Made by a program: the position numbers and the translations under genes. The notes beneath the pieces were generated by a model. That model was given only the letters and a program-made list of their open reading frames with translations, had not been told where the DNA came from and did no database searches. A stretch of DNA of 53,739 bases, the filler included, from Dirinaria sp. TL-2023a (taxonomy: Eukaryota), in the NCBI GenBank assembly GCA_051941275.1. It is 4 parts of 4 records of this genome, joined end to end, with 100 filler letters (N's around TTAATTAATTAA, not from the genome) between each part and the next. Parts side by side here need not be neighbours in the genome. Positions count along the whole stretch, not along the records: positions 1 to 13,363 come from JAVEBF010000694.1; 3 more parts are not named here. One strand, written 5' to 3'. Below, one piece after another: positions 1 to 12,300 of this stretch. How positions within the stretch are numbered: position 1 is the stretch's first letter; the number at the start of each line of letters is the position of its first letter.

Positions 1-986
1 AGAGAGGGTCGTCGATAGGTAGGGTAGAGCTATAGAAGAATTGAGCTCTGACTTTTGGAGGGTCATCGGAGACGGCGGATGCCCTGCGAGTGAAAAGATT
101 GGACTCGGGCTCTAAGATGCACTTGGGCCCATAGGAATGGACTGAAGAAGCCATAGCGGAGTTGAGTACTATCTGGAACTTCTAGGGAATGCATACAGGT
201 GATGTGGAACGGGAAATATTGCCAGGCAGCGAGTTTCGAAAGTGTGTCATTAGCAGAAAGTCCTGCCAGCCGGTGGATCGAGGGCGCTCTTGATGAAGCT
301 GCTGCTGCTCTATCGCTACTTCCGAGGGGACATGAAAATCGTTCAGCCATGAGTGGTGGTCGTGCATACCTAAAGATCTGGACCTGCTCGGCTAGACTGG
401 TGAAAGGGAGGAGGAGGTACCTGGAGGCTTGAGGCTTGAGGCTAGAGGTAGGTAGAGATACTTTGAATACGTGGGGTTAGTGGCTGGTGACGTAGCAGGT
501 CTTCGAAAATACGCTATTCCCAATAGGTAAAGTCTTGGCAGTCCAGTCCGAGCACAGTAGGAGGAGATATATCGAAGTCAGGTAAAGTATTTGAAAGTCA
601 ACTGCTCAAATCGCTATCTATGCTTCGTGAATGGTATGACAGGATCAGATACAGACCCAAAGCGTTGGTCCTTCAAGGCAAAGCAAGTATCGTGAAGGTC
701 GAAGAGAATGCTCAGTGCACACGAAACCTGGTACAAGTCAACCCGAAAGGCCGCTCTCGCCGCTCCTCCCCCATGATCTCCGAATGTATTAAGTACTGTA
801 GTGATGCGAGGCAATAGCCATTCGATCTGGAATCGAGAAAGGAAAACAGGTATGAAGAATGCGGCTCGCGATAATGAAATAAAAAAAAAAAAGCTTTTCG
901 ATCATGGGAGCACGCTCCATAAAGCAAGCGATCAAAATGCTGCAGAACAAGGCAGAAAGCTTCTACGTGTGCGAAAGAAGGAGCTA

Positions 987-2651
987 CTATCCGAACGGAT
1001 TGAATTCCTCTCCATCATGCTTAGGACTCCATCCGCCGGGCGGCTCCCATTGCATCTCGACACCAAACGTCCTCGATTCCTGCTCTTTCTTCAGCAGCTG
1101 TCGCTCATGTATTTTCCTCAAAGCATCGATCTGGATCTCCTGAAAAGCCAAGAACGTTACCACGGGTGCGCCAAGCATCTCCAAGACCCGGTAGCAGTCG
1201 TGCAGGTTCTTCTTGACCATGCTGTCCGGCGAGCAGAAAGTCCGGATGTTCATCTCTTTGGCGAGGTTCTTCCAAGCGAGCAGCATCGAATGCATCGCCA
1301 CCGCGCTCTCTGCGCTCGGCCCGTAGAACCGGAATGTCTTGACGTTGTACTCGACGAGATCGCGCTGTGTGGCTTGATCGAAGCGGAACTCGATCACTTG
1401 CGGGCGGTTCTTCGTCGCCCAGAAATACATGACTCTCTCGACAGAGTCGAGGGACATGCGCCCTGCCTCCTTCTCGATCATCAGGAACTGATTTGCCGTC
1501 GCGCAGATCATCAGTTCCATCTCGGAGTACAGCTTTGACTGCTCGGGGGGCTCAAGGGAGACTGGGTACTTGGTATCGCGTATTTTGGGTGGTTTCGACG
1601 GAGAAGTATATGTATTGAAGGCCGCAGGTATTATTTTGGACAAGTCCTCTGTCTAAACATCTTTCAGCATTCTCCGTGTCTTGAAATACACGATGGAGGT
1701 GGTTCACCTTCTCTAGCATCCTCTGCTTGAGCTTCCCTCCCCAAACCTTGAGTCCCCTCTTGCGATATTCCTCGCTTGGGAGTTCTTTCATGCTTGTGCT
1801 CCTTCCTAGCCATCCTTTTTCCCCAAACAACTGTTTTACAGGGGAACGGGATCGTTTCGGCGGGACATGTGGCGAGTTGGGAGATTCTTCCTTGATGTCT
1901 TCTAACTGCTTAGTCGGAGACGGTGTTCGGGTAAAGGCGCGGCCTCGAGGAGAGGGAGGGATCAGCGGTGGGTCATTCTCGTCAGCAAAGCGAAGGTAAG
2001 GGTATTTTTCCGCAGGTTTTGCATTCTCAGATCGCTGGCTATAACCATTGAATTGTCCGTTCTGATAACGCATGCTGTTATCGGAAACAGAATGTGACAT
2101 CCCGTGAGGCTTCCGACGCGGCTTGGTCGCAGCACCCTCGTTTATATTGTGCGCGGCTCTGACGGACCCTTCTTGGCCTTGAGCACCGTACATATCTTGC
2201 AATTGAGTGTATCGCTCGTGATCCCGGAAAGGGTTCAGGCCCTCGAAGGAAGAAGTCCTGCGGGATATCAGTGTCTCTTAACATTGAGGACCAAGTGATC
2301 CGCAACTTACGAATCAAACATATTAGCACTATCCTTACTACTACTCTCCGAACGACTTGTCTTAACCGGATCCACACAATTATACGCCTCCCGCTCCTGG
2401 AAGGAGAGCGTAGGAGTAGGAGGGACGACAAGATCCTGCGTCAGCCGCGCAAAGGTGTGTTTATCCACAAACGGCGTCGACCAGGTCGTGCAGTCCAGTA
2501 GCCGGCTGTTCATGGAATCGACGAAAGAAGAGCTGATGGTCTCTGCTGCTGCGCCAGAAGAAGAAGACGTTGGCGGTGAGATACAGGCCGAGGGCAGCGG
2601 TGGCAACGCTCGGTCCAGATCAAGCGATTGAGATCTCTTATAGTGAGGCAT
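987..2651 (-). CDS. Hypothetical protein of unknown function, 3 exons (2651-2311, 2257-1708, 1652-987)
   Basis: ORF-track pieces 2307..2774, 1552..2202 and 987..1643 join in frame through GT-AG introns (GTAAGT...CTGAT..CAG; GTGAAC...TTTAG), giving MPHYKRSQS...MFDS|TSSFEGLNPF...MLEK|TEDLSKIIP...EFNPFG*. No function recognised. Confidence 0.75.
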
Positions 2652-3262
2652 ATTATTAATAATAACACGAGATCGGTGGAATTTTTCGGGCAACAATAGG
2701 AAAAGGAGGACAATAGGAATGAATGAATTGCCTTCCCCCCTTCCCCCCCCCGGCGGGTACGTAATTTCGGACAATAGGAATTTTAGATTAGACAGTTAGG
2801 AGAGCTTTATTATTGTGCCATACCTTCACTACTGGCTGCTTCGAGTAAGTAAGCTTCTGAACGGGGATGTCAGAAGTAAGGTAAGGTAAGGTAGAGAAGG
2901 ACGAAATTCATTGGTTGGATCAATCAAGATTCTTTCATCTTTGGCGCGTACTATACCCCGAAGCCTGAAGTAGTTTTGTTTACTTGCTCGTCTCAAAAAA
3001 AAAGGGGATCAAATATCAACAACACTTTAAAAGGAAAAGGCCGCGCTAGCGAGTAAATATCAAAACCCCGTTACTCTCTCGTTGTTTGCCCCCTTTTTCT
3101 CATATGAGTTGTGGCTTTGTACTCTTGGGGCCTCACGTTGTGGAAATGATGGTAAACATTTCATCTTTCCCATCAAATTATCCATGCCTTGACTTAGGTC
3201 CAAAGCTTTTTTTGAGCTCAGATGTTCCTCCATACCTACCTTTGATCACGGTAATTTTCATT

Positions 3263-5139
3263 CTAGTGTGATCGAGGCCGCAGCGTCACACGGAGCCCTT
3301 CTTGCTTGACGAACCACCTAGCGGAAAATCAGTCAACTGTATTGTCATGCAGCTCTCTCTCACTCGACGTACCAGCAGGTTTCTCGCCATTCGGCTTTGG
3401 GATCCGTGAGCTCGATGTCAAAGTTGAGGAAGAGCGTTGGAATTAGCTTTGACATTTCCACCCAGGCCAGATCTAAAAAGCCAGTCAGAGCCGAATCTCG
3501 AAATTTTTGGGAATGGGATTAGATTGGCAGACATACTTCTTCCAAGGCACACTCTGGCACCGGATCCGAAGGCGAAGAAAAACCTCTCTGGAAATTATCG
3601 TGTCAGCAGTTTGAAACTATATGTGGGAAGGGGCAGAGGGGTCCAAGGCAGAGCTAGTTACCCATATCACCCGTATCGGTATTGAGCCAGCGATCTGGGC
3701 GGAATACTTCGACGTCTTCGCCAAAGACCGACTTATCTCGATGGACAACCCACGGGTTAACGCCGACAATAGTCCCTTCCGGAATATATCGACCGGCGAT
3801 CTCGATTCCACCAGCGGGCGTGACGCGTGGCAAACTCATTCCCACAGCTGGGTGGCAACGCAGACCCTCCCACATGCATGCTTGTAGATAGGGCATTTCC
3901 TTGGCCTGCTCGAGGGTTATAGGCTCGGAGATCTTCCCTTCTTTCTTTCGAGTATCGATTTCGTCTACGAGCCTCCGTTTGTACTCTGGGTTCTTGAGGA
4001 GATAATAAATAATAGATCTGGTTGAGATGGCAGTGGTATCCGAGCCAGCGGCCACGTTGCTCGAGGCCATTGAGAGAACGTTGTTATCGTTCATCTCTTT
4101 TGGACGCTCCTTCTGCACCGCCAAAAGCTTCTCAAGCATGTCTTGGTGGTCACTTCCTCGTCCTTTGCGGCGTTCGATCTCTTGCGATGCGAAGTCCCTC
4201 AACCGGCCGTGGCGAGCGTTAAGAGCGAAGTTGAACCAATTACCCATGATGGGAGACAAGAAATCCCGGAGCCAGAACAATTGCGGGACTTGTCCAACCC
4301 TGTTGATTCACAAGATGAGCATGAATATGGAGAATGATATTGGATTAAAGCTGTACTTACCAGGCAGCTGAGCGAAGGACTCTTTCGATTGAAGCGAAAA
4401 AGCCATTGTCCGTACCAGCATCCATGAAGCCGAACCTCTTCGAAAAAGTGACCTCACCAACAACATCTGACTACGTAAGCCGTTCGTTGCTTCTTGATCA
4501 CCGCTGCCATGGCCCAGAGCCGACTCACCAAAGGCAAAGAGCTGTACGAACAGGCCCATATTGATATCTTGACCTACCCGGGCCTTCATCTTATCCAAAA
4601 AGTGCTGGACGGCGTCGTCAATGTACACTTCAAGGTCCTTGAGTGCATCCATGGAATATATCCTGCTCACTAACCGACGCTGTGGCCCGTGCACTCGCTC
4701 ATCCCGCTCCGCGAAAAGATCGAATTGTCGATGACCTTGCCACACTACGAGAACGTCAGTGAGAGTTGGTGACATTTTGCCGGGGGGAAAGCGTGCCGCT
4801 GTACCAATCGCTCTTCCTGAATTTTGTGCCAGCGCCGTATATCGTTTTGATGGCAGAGAGATCCGACACGCTTACTTCGTTCGGGCCTGTTCGAACTAGC
4901 TTGCCGTACCGTTGATGAAGATTGATCATGGTACGATGCATATTGCCTTGTTGTGAGCGCCTTATCATCCATAGTCTCGACCAGCGAGCAGCAAACGGGC
5001 CGGGGATCGTCCGGAGGGGATCACGTATGAAAGATGCCAGAAGCCACACAAGGAGGATGGAGCCCGAAACAAGCGCCGTCATCTGCCAGCTCTGCCCAAG
5101 CCGGTTGCTCGACAGGAGAGGAAAATCAATGCTGGACAT
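3263..5139 (-). CDS. Cytochrome P450 monooxygenase (pisatin demethylase/benzoate hydroxylase-like), multi-exon
   Basis: N-terminal TM anchor and PGP hinge (IPGPFAARWS), I-helix AAGSDTT, K-helix ExxR (WEGLR), PDRW, heme motif FAFGSGARVCLG read at 3541-3588, last exon WFVKQEGLRVTLRPRSH* ending 3263. First intron 4796-4745 is GC-AG. Confidence 0.93.
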
Positions 5140-6366
5140 GATTGTGGAATGGTTGAGTAGCAGGAGGACAAGCCTTGGCTGTCTACTACTTAAGGAAAAT
5201 ACTTTAGGGTAGGGTAAGCAAAATAGTGAGATGGTATATCGATTTTAATCGAGCAAAGTTGGCCAAGGAGACGATGGAGAAGATGGCAGTGATCAAGATA
5301 ATAAGCAATGTAAAGCAATCTTACAACTTGGAAGCCGGACGTAAGTGTGTTATATAAAGTAGGTAAGGTATCAATCGATATCCTTGTCACCGGTGCAGAT
5401 TCTTGAGCGGCAAAACTTCCACCCCCGCTTTGCTATCTTGTCCCTCGGTCACGGTGTCACATCCCCCGAGCCCCCCTGGATTCATGATTATCGCAACACA
5501 CACCTACTACACTGTACTGTACTGTACTCCGCCTTTCCCGATTGACTGGGCAGTGCCTTAATTGGGCCAAGAGTTCCAAGAGGATTGGAGCCTCGTCAAT
5601 AAGTAACACTTCATACGCGCACACACATCTCTGTATATCCGAGCCGTGCTTCGGCTTTTCTTCCTTTCCACCTCACCAAGTACAATCTGCTACGACGATG
5701 AACGAGTGAGGTTCGCAGAAGAAAAATGATGAGAATGAACGGAGATTTATGATTTAGGTGCAAATTGAATTTACAAGTAAGGTAAGCTCCGGAAGTACCT
5801 TAGGCTTTGCCTCCGTTACTCTTTACTAAGCACAAACCGTCCTAGCTGACGGGAACGAGCTTTGCCGATCGAGTGTCCCGATGGTGGCCGCCGCCAACCG
5901 TCACATCAAGTCCAGGATTCAGGATTCCCCCCCAAACGTCTTTTGCGACATTGCCCCGCACAATAATAAGGGTAAAGTATCATCACCATTATGATTGGCA
6001 CTGGAAACCCTGAATTGCTGGATCAAGCTACCTCGTCTCTTCTGCGCGTGGCACTTAGGTTGGCTAACTAATAATAATAATGTTGTAATCTTAGCATGTG
6101 TACCTTAGCTGGCTGGCTCATGCTTAATCTTACGGCCGCGCGTGTGGAATATGAAGCTCCATCCCATCAACAAACATCGTTGGAGCTTTCTACTTACTTT
6201 ATCTTCTCTACTATATATGTATATTCTTTCTTTTTCGAATAGCTAGCTATTCAACGCTTATTTCCTTCTCACCGAATCTAGATCCAGCCTCTAGCTTCTG
6301 CCACTCTCTCTCCCGTTCACGGCTGTTGAACTGACCTAGACCCGTAATCTTCTCTAATTCTGCACT

Positions 6367-8362
6367 ATGGCGGAAGGTAAGTACGATATTGCCATCATTG
6401 GCGCCGGGCCAGTAGGTCTTCTACTTGCTGTTTGCCTTGCCAGATGGGGCTACACGATTAAGCTGGTGGACAACAGAGACGTGCCAACAATCACTGGCCG
6501 TGCCGATGGCGTTCAGCCTCGATCACTCCACTTGCTGCGCAACATGGACCTGAAGCGCGCAATCATGGCTCATGCGCCAGCGAAGGTGTACGAGGTAGCC
6601 TTTTGGGACCCCCAACCCGCTGGTAAAGGCATACACAGGACTGGCAACTGGGCAAGCTGTCCAAAGTTCATCGATGCGAGGTACCCATTTACAACGCTCC
6701 TGCATCAAGGCCTGATAGAGAGAGTGTTCATCGACGACCTAGGTAAGCATAATGTCGCGGTCCAGAGGCCATGGACAATTACGGACTTTAAGAATGATGG
6801 GAAAGACCCAACATATCCCATTGAAGTAAGTCTGAAGCATGTCGAGCACGACGAGCGAGAATATCTGAGAGCCAAATATCTGTTCAGTGGCGAAGGTGCA
6901 AGGAGCTTCATTAGGGATCAGCTCAAGATTAAGATCCACCATAAAGATCCAATTTCGTACATATGGGGTGTGATGGATGGCGTCGTGAGAACCGACTTTC
7001 CTGACATCAAGGTATGCCAATTAGACCGGACATGGTCTTTGAAGCTAATAGGGCCAGTTGAAATGTACCATCCATTCTGACCATGGCTCCATCATGGTCA
7101 TACCGAGGGAAGCCAACATGGTCCGTCTATACATTCAGATTGCGTCGTCTACAGACAAGGATTGGAATCCCAAAAGGCAGGCTACAGTCGAAGAGGTTCA
7201 AGCATCTGCGAAAAGAATACTTCAGCCTTACAAAATTGACTGGGATCGAGTCGAGTGGTATTCGGTATATCCCATTGGTCAGGGCATCGCCGAAAAGTAT
7301 ACTATAGACCATCGTATATTCTTGGGCGGAGACTGCTGCCACACACACAGTGTACACTGAGCCTAACCTGTTGTGGAGCTTCGTGCTAACGAGATCCAGC
7401 CCAAAGCAGGTCAAGGCATGAACACAGCATTCCACGACGCGTTGAACCTGGCATGGAAGCTTCATCACGTAGAAGGAGGCCTGGCGAAACGATCAGTGCT
7501 GTCGACCTACGAGTCAGAACGCAAGCACATTGCCGAGGAGCTGTTGGATTTCGACGCGAAGTATGCCGCGCTCTTCTCTCAGCGGCAGCCATCAGCTAGT
7601 GAGGTTGGGGCCGCATCTCAGCAGGAAGGCGATGGGGCTTCTGAGAGCGAGTTTGTAAAGGTATTTAAGGCAAGTACGGAGTTTACAACGGGGTATGCGA
7701 TCGCGTATAGTGCAAATGAATATAATTGGTCGTCCAGCCATTCGGCTCGCTCCAAGCTCTTCAATCCCCAAGGCTCCAAGCTCCTTACCGGTCGCATCAT
7801 GCCGACTGCAAACGTGACAAGGGTTGTTGACGCCAACGAAGTCCAGCTGGAACAAGAAGTTCCACTCAATGGCTCGTTCAGGATCTTCCTGTTTGCCGGT
7901 GTCCCGCACACCACCGGGCGCGCGGTAGTGGATTTCGCGAATCATCTCGAGAGGAAGAACAGCTTCTACTCTGCATTCCAGAGAGAAGACATCGCACAGG
8001 TTTCGTATCATGAGCGGCACAACCCTCATTCTCACTTCTTCACCATCTGCACCATATTTGCCGCTGCGCGAGACCAGCTTGAGATATCATCGATGCTACC
8101 GGATCTCCTGCGCCGGTACAGCCACCACGTATACGCAGATGATTTGGGGGATACCAGAGTCCCTCGTGCAAGCGCGGCCGCGCATGCGAAGATGGGCTTG
8201 GACGAACAGAGAGGTGGCGTTGTGGTTGTGAGACCGGATGGCCATGTGGGATGCGTGGTGGCGCTGGCGGAAGGGAGTGGAACTGTGGATGCATTGAACG
8301 ACTATTTTGCGGCTTTTGTGAGTAAGCCAATCGGCATGGCGGGGTCCCAACCGCAATTGTGA
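6367..8362 (+). CDS. FAD-dependent phenol 2-monooxygenase-family aromatic hydroxylase, exons 6367-7011, 7058-7351, 7400-8362
   Basis: GAGPVG Rossmann motif, GRADG, GEGARS (DG-motif variant), [16 protein letters not shown] across an intron, C-terminal thioredoxin-like domain with [10 protein letters not shown]. Confidence 0.92.
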
Positions 8363-9339
8363 GGTGGCGATTCCTAAAACCCGGGTCTGCACGTTTAAAC
8401 GGAAGGAGGGCGTTGGGCCCGTTGGCTGGATCTGGAACGCGTTTGAATGGTCACGGGAACCGCGTAGTCCTGACTTGGATACCTCACTTTATACCTTACC
8501 AGCTCTACAACTCTGCTTCAATGGGGACGTATGAGGGTATAGCTACAGTAGTATGATGATGCGATAGAGTCTTCTGGAGAGGGTATAGAAGCCTCAGATC
8601 AGCTTCAGTAGATGTCCATCAGCTTCCGTCATCTGTAGACGAAAGTGGTGAGATATTTAGTTGTCAGATGCCAAAACTAGAGTACCGTAATGTAGTTTGT
8701 GCATAGTCAGGTCGATTTGAATTTCAATCTACTATCTACATATTCTGTACTCGTACCTTAAGGGATCAGGGACGAGTACCGCAGGGACGAGTACCCCAGG
8801 GGCTGAGGGGCTTACCTAAAAGACCAACGAACGATGAGGCTCTTGACCATACCTTAGACCAACCCCCCCAGCTCCCCCACGCTCCCTCCGACTCTCCCCC
8901 GGTCGTCGATCTCATCTTGCGAGCATTAGCCTCTTGCCAAGCTGTGCTAGACCGCTTTCGTGGTCATCGTGTGCTTCGTACCTTGGCTGGGCTTGGCTGA
9001 CTCAAAAGTTACCTCAAAACCAAAAATGTTGTAAAGTGTTAAGTGACGGTTTTTCCCAATTCGATGATCCTGCCCGAACTGACGCGTTCGCCAACATGAG
9101 CAATTCTGGCGCGTCCTCCAAGCAAGGTGTTAAAGACCTAGCGACCTCCCGCCACCCCAATGTTTGTCAACAACAACCCACTTACCATCATCTGCGACTT
9201 CTCACCATCTACCTTCTCACCTTCGACAACCTTCTACATCGCTACTGCCTTCGCCTTCTGTATTCTCAAGCTCATCACCTACACTTCTGCACTTGATCGC
9301 ACCCTTCCACGTCGCCGTCTCGCTGTCGCGGCAGGCGCG

Positions 9340-12300
9340 ATGGCAGACGAAATGGATTGGCAGTCGGAAGACCAAATGGACTGGCAAGTTGATACACCTC
9401 CCAAGGTCTTCTTCCAAGTTCCCGTCCCCTGCCGTCAGTTTTCGCGAAGACGTACGCTCGACGAGTATGCAGAAGGTCGTCGCCTGGAATATAGCCGTAC
9501 TAGCAATCCAGAGCCTGCATTGCCAGATGCTGCTCTTTATCCTTTGGGTCACGATGCGGCTGCCACCACTCCGCTCGGAAACCCATACCTGCATCCCGAC
9601 CAAGCCTACGGGTACGGGTGGGACCAGGCTTCTTATCTTAAGGCTATTACGGATCCCATATCCTACAGCGAATGGATAGCAGGACGCCAGCATCTCTATG
9701 CCAATCGACCGAAGGCTTACCGCTACCTTCGTCAGACAATTGATACAATCAGTTACGGCATCGTCGCTGCTGCGCGCAGTGAGACCGTCAGGACATTCTG
9801 CTTTGCTGGCTATCATGCTGGACGATATCTGTTCACGGGCAACCCACGCATTACTCATACATATGTCGCTGTCGCTCAAGCCGCCAATGGCGCAAAGCGT
9901 CGTGTCATCGATATAACACGCAGCACTAAACCCCGCAACCCTTATGAAAACATCCTGTTCTCTCCGGAACAGCGAAGACAACTCAGGTACCGAGAACGAC
10001 TTCGAGGTTCCCGGAATGCCAAAGACAAAGATCGCTTCTGGGAGGCCTTCGCAGACCCGGTGGAAGGCATCGAGGCGACCGTGCCCAATCCTCTCCACTG
10101 TATGTCTGGCGCGCTCCCAGCTCCAGAGCCCGCTACACCAGTGAAGAATCCATTCTTCGTGCCCGGGGAATGGGTTCCAAGCCCCGAACAAGTTCCCCAG
10201 ACGCCTCGCTTGGTAGCGTTCTATGACCCCAACTCTACTGATGTGGTGATGAGCGAGTCAGACGACCTTTGCGAAGAACACTCTCAGGATACGAATACGT
10301 GGACCACTATTCTATCTCCTGCGCCACAGAATGGATACGGGTCCACAGACAATACTGCTACTCCAGCGGATCTCGGACACAACGCTGGCCCGAACATCGC
10401 CAAGGACCAGGTCACGGTAGCAAACGACCCGATAAATAGCCAGGCTCCTGCAGTTTCCACACTTGAGAGCAATAACCACGGTCAGAACAACATTGTTGGA
10501 TCTCCAGCAACGACGCCGCAGTCAGGCGTGCCCGCCTCCAAAGATGATTCGCCACCTGTTCAGAACCCTAATCGACCAGCGCCAGTCCAGACAACGTGCT
10601 CTCGCTCGGACACAGGCGACGTCGACTCAACATGCGTTGAACTCCAACGTACATATGAAAACGACCAGCGATTCAAAGCTGATCCGGAGGATAAAGGCCC
10701 CAAGGGTAGTCTCGTTTCCCAATCCCGAGAATCGTCGTCTCTCGACGCAGCCATCCGAGATGCTATAGATTCACAGGCCCCACCGAGTCGCCCGAAAGTT
10801 GATTCTAGCGTTAATGCTTCATCGGCGTCCTCTTACAAGGCAGATCCAGTTCCAGTGCTAGCTCCACCACCGACCTCATTTCCTCTTCCAATGACTCCTA
10901 AGGCAAAGTCGCCAAAGAAACGTGTTCAGTTCTATGTGAGTCCGACAACTGGTAAGCCGGTGGACCGTCTTAAGAAGTTCATCATTGGCGCTCGGATCGA
11001 TGAAACATACCGCTCTAGTCCCAGTACAGTGCCCAGGCTCTCGCCAGCTGGTTCCGGTCCTAAGCAGCTCACGTCCATTTTAAGCAGCCCGACCACCTCG
11101 AACCAGCACGACACGGGTCCGCTATTTAATAATCCAGCTTTGCGCGAGCGACTTCTAGCCATGTACAATATTGAGAGCTCATCTACCGACACAACTGAGA
11201 CTCTAGCGGATTCTTCCCCAGCTTCCTCAGAGGCAACAGAATCCCCATCTTCCTCAGAAGCAAAGGAATCCCCAACCTCCTCAGAAGGAACGGAATCTCC
11301 AGCTTCCTCAGAAACAGCAGAGTCTCCAGCGGCCTTGCAGCAGAGTTTGCCCGTCACTCCTTCGGATGACATCAAACACACTGAGTGCGGTAGAATCCCG
11401 AATCCTAACGACCAGCTGATCGGGGCCCAGCCTGAAGCCGTTTCATTTGAAGCACCACCATGGTACAAACGACCGCATTCCTTCCTTGCCAAGATCATAG
11501 GTGGTGGATTACGTCGTCTTGGTATTAACACCCTTCGCGTCACCGCCGAAGGAAGCCCCACACTCTTACAGTCATCCTCTGCAGCGACTTCTATTACCAC
11601 GACAATGAGCGGAAATAAGTCCAGAGCCGGAGAGGAGAGCAGCAGCCCGCTAGTTGACGAGAATTCTATCCAGGATGAGAGCACTCTATCGCCAACACAG
11701 ATCGACAATATTACGCAAGTTGCTTGCCCACTATCGACTGCAGAAACGCTGCCAAGAGAAGTGAGCTCCTCTTCAACTGAGGAGAGTGAGAACCTTCCCA
11801 TCACCGATGCGATTTCTACACAGAATTTAGACAATAAAAACGCGTCACATAGCCAGGTTAATATGTCAGTCGAACCGCCTTCCGTAACATCATTGAGCGT
11901 TGGAATCCTTGCCAGTGAAGGTAGCTCCTCTCCCAGCAAGGAGAGTAGCAGCTCCCTCATGCCAGCAGATGCGTCTTCTCCCAAGGGGCAAGACAGCATC
12001 GTGTCACCAGGTCAAGTTGAGGCCTTAGCTCAATCCTCGTCCGGATCGTCATCGATTGGAGCAACTCTGAGCGATGAAGGTAGTTCCTCTCCCACCAAGG
12101 AGAGTAGCAGCTCCTTCATGCCAGCAGATCCGTCTTCTCCCAAGGAGCAGGAAGGCACTGCGTCCCCAGATCAGGTTGATGCTTCAATTGATCCTCTCAC
12201 CCCAGATCGCGTCCTCGATGAGATGGGGAATCTTCACATTTCTGGCCGGAAGTTTACTCTGCGTTCGGATTCGAGGGTGGAGAGAGAAGTTCAGCTTCAA

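Noticed and set aside
1..800. Short ORFs at the window start
   Set aside because: No recognisable product or supportable exon structure; could be part of a truncated gene but cannot be called.
801..1538. 245-aa + strand ORF
   Set aside because: Antisense shadow of the spliced minus-strand gene at 987-2651.
9217..11999. Long minus-strand ORFs (324 aa and 355 aa)
   Set aside because: Antisense shadows of the ULP1 coding sequence.
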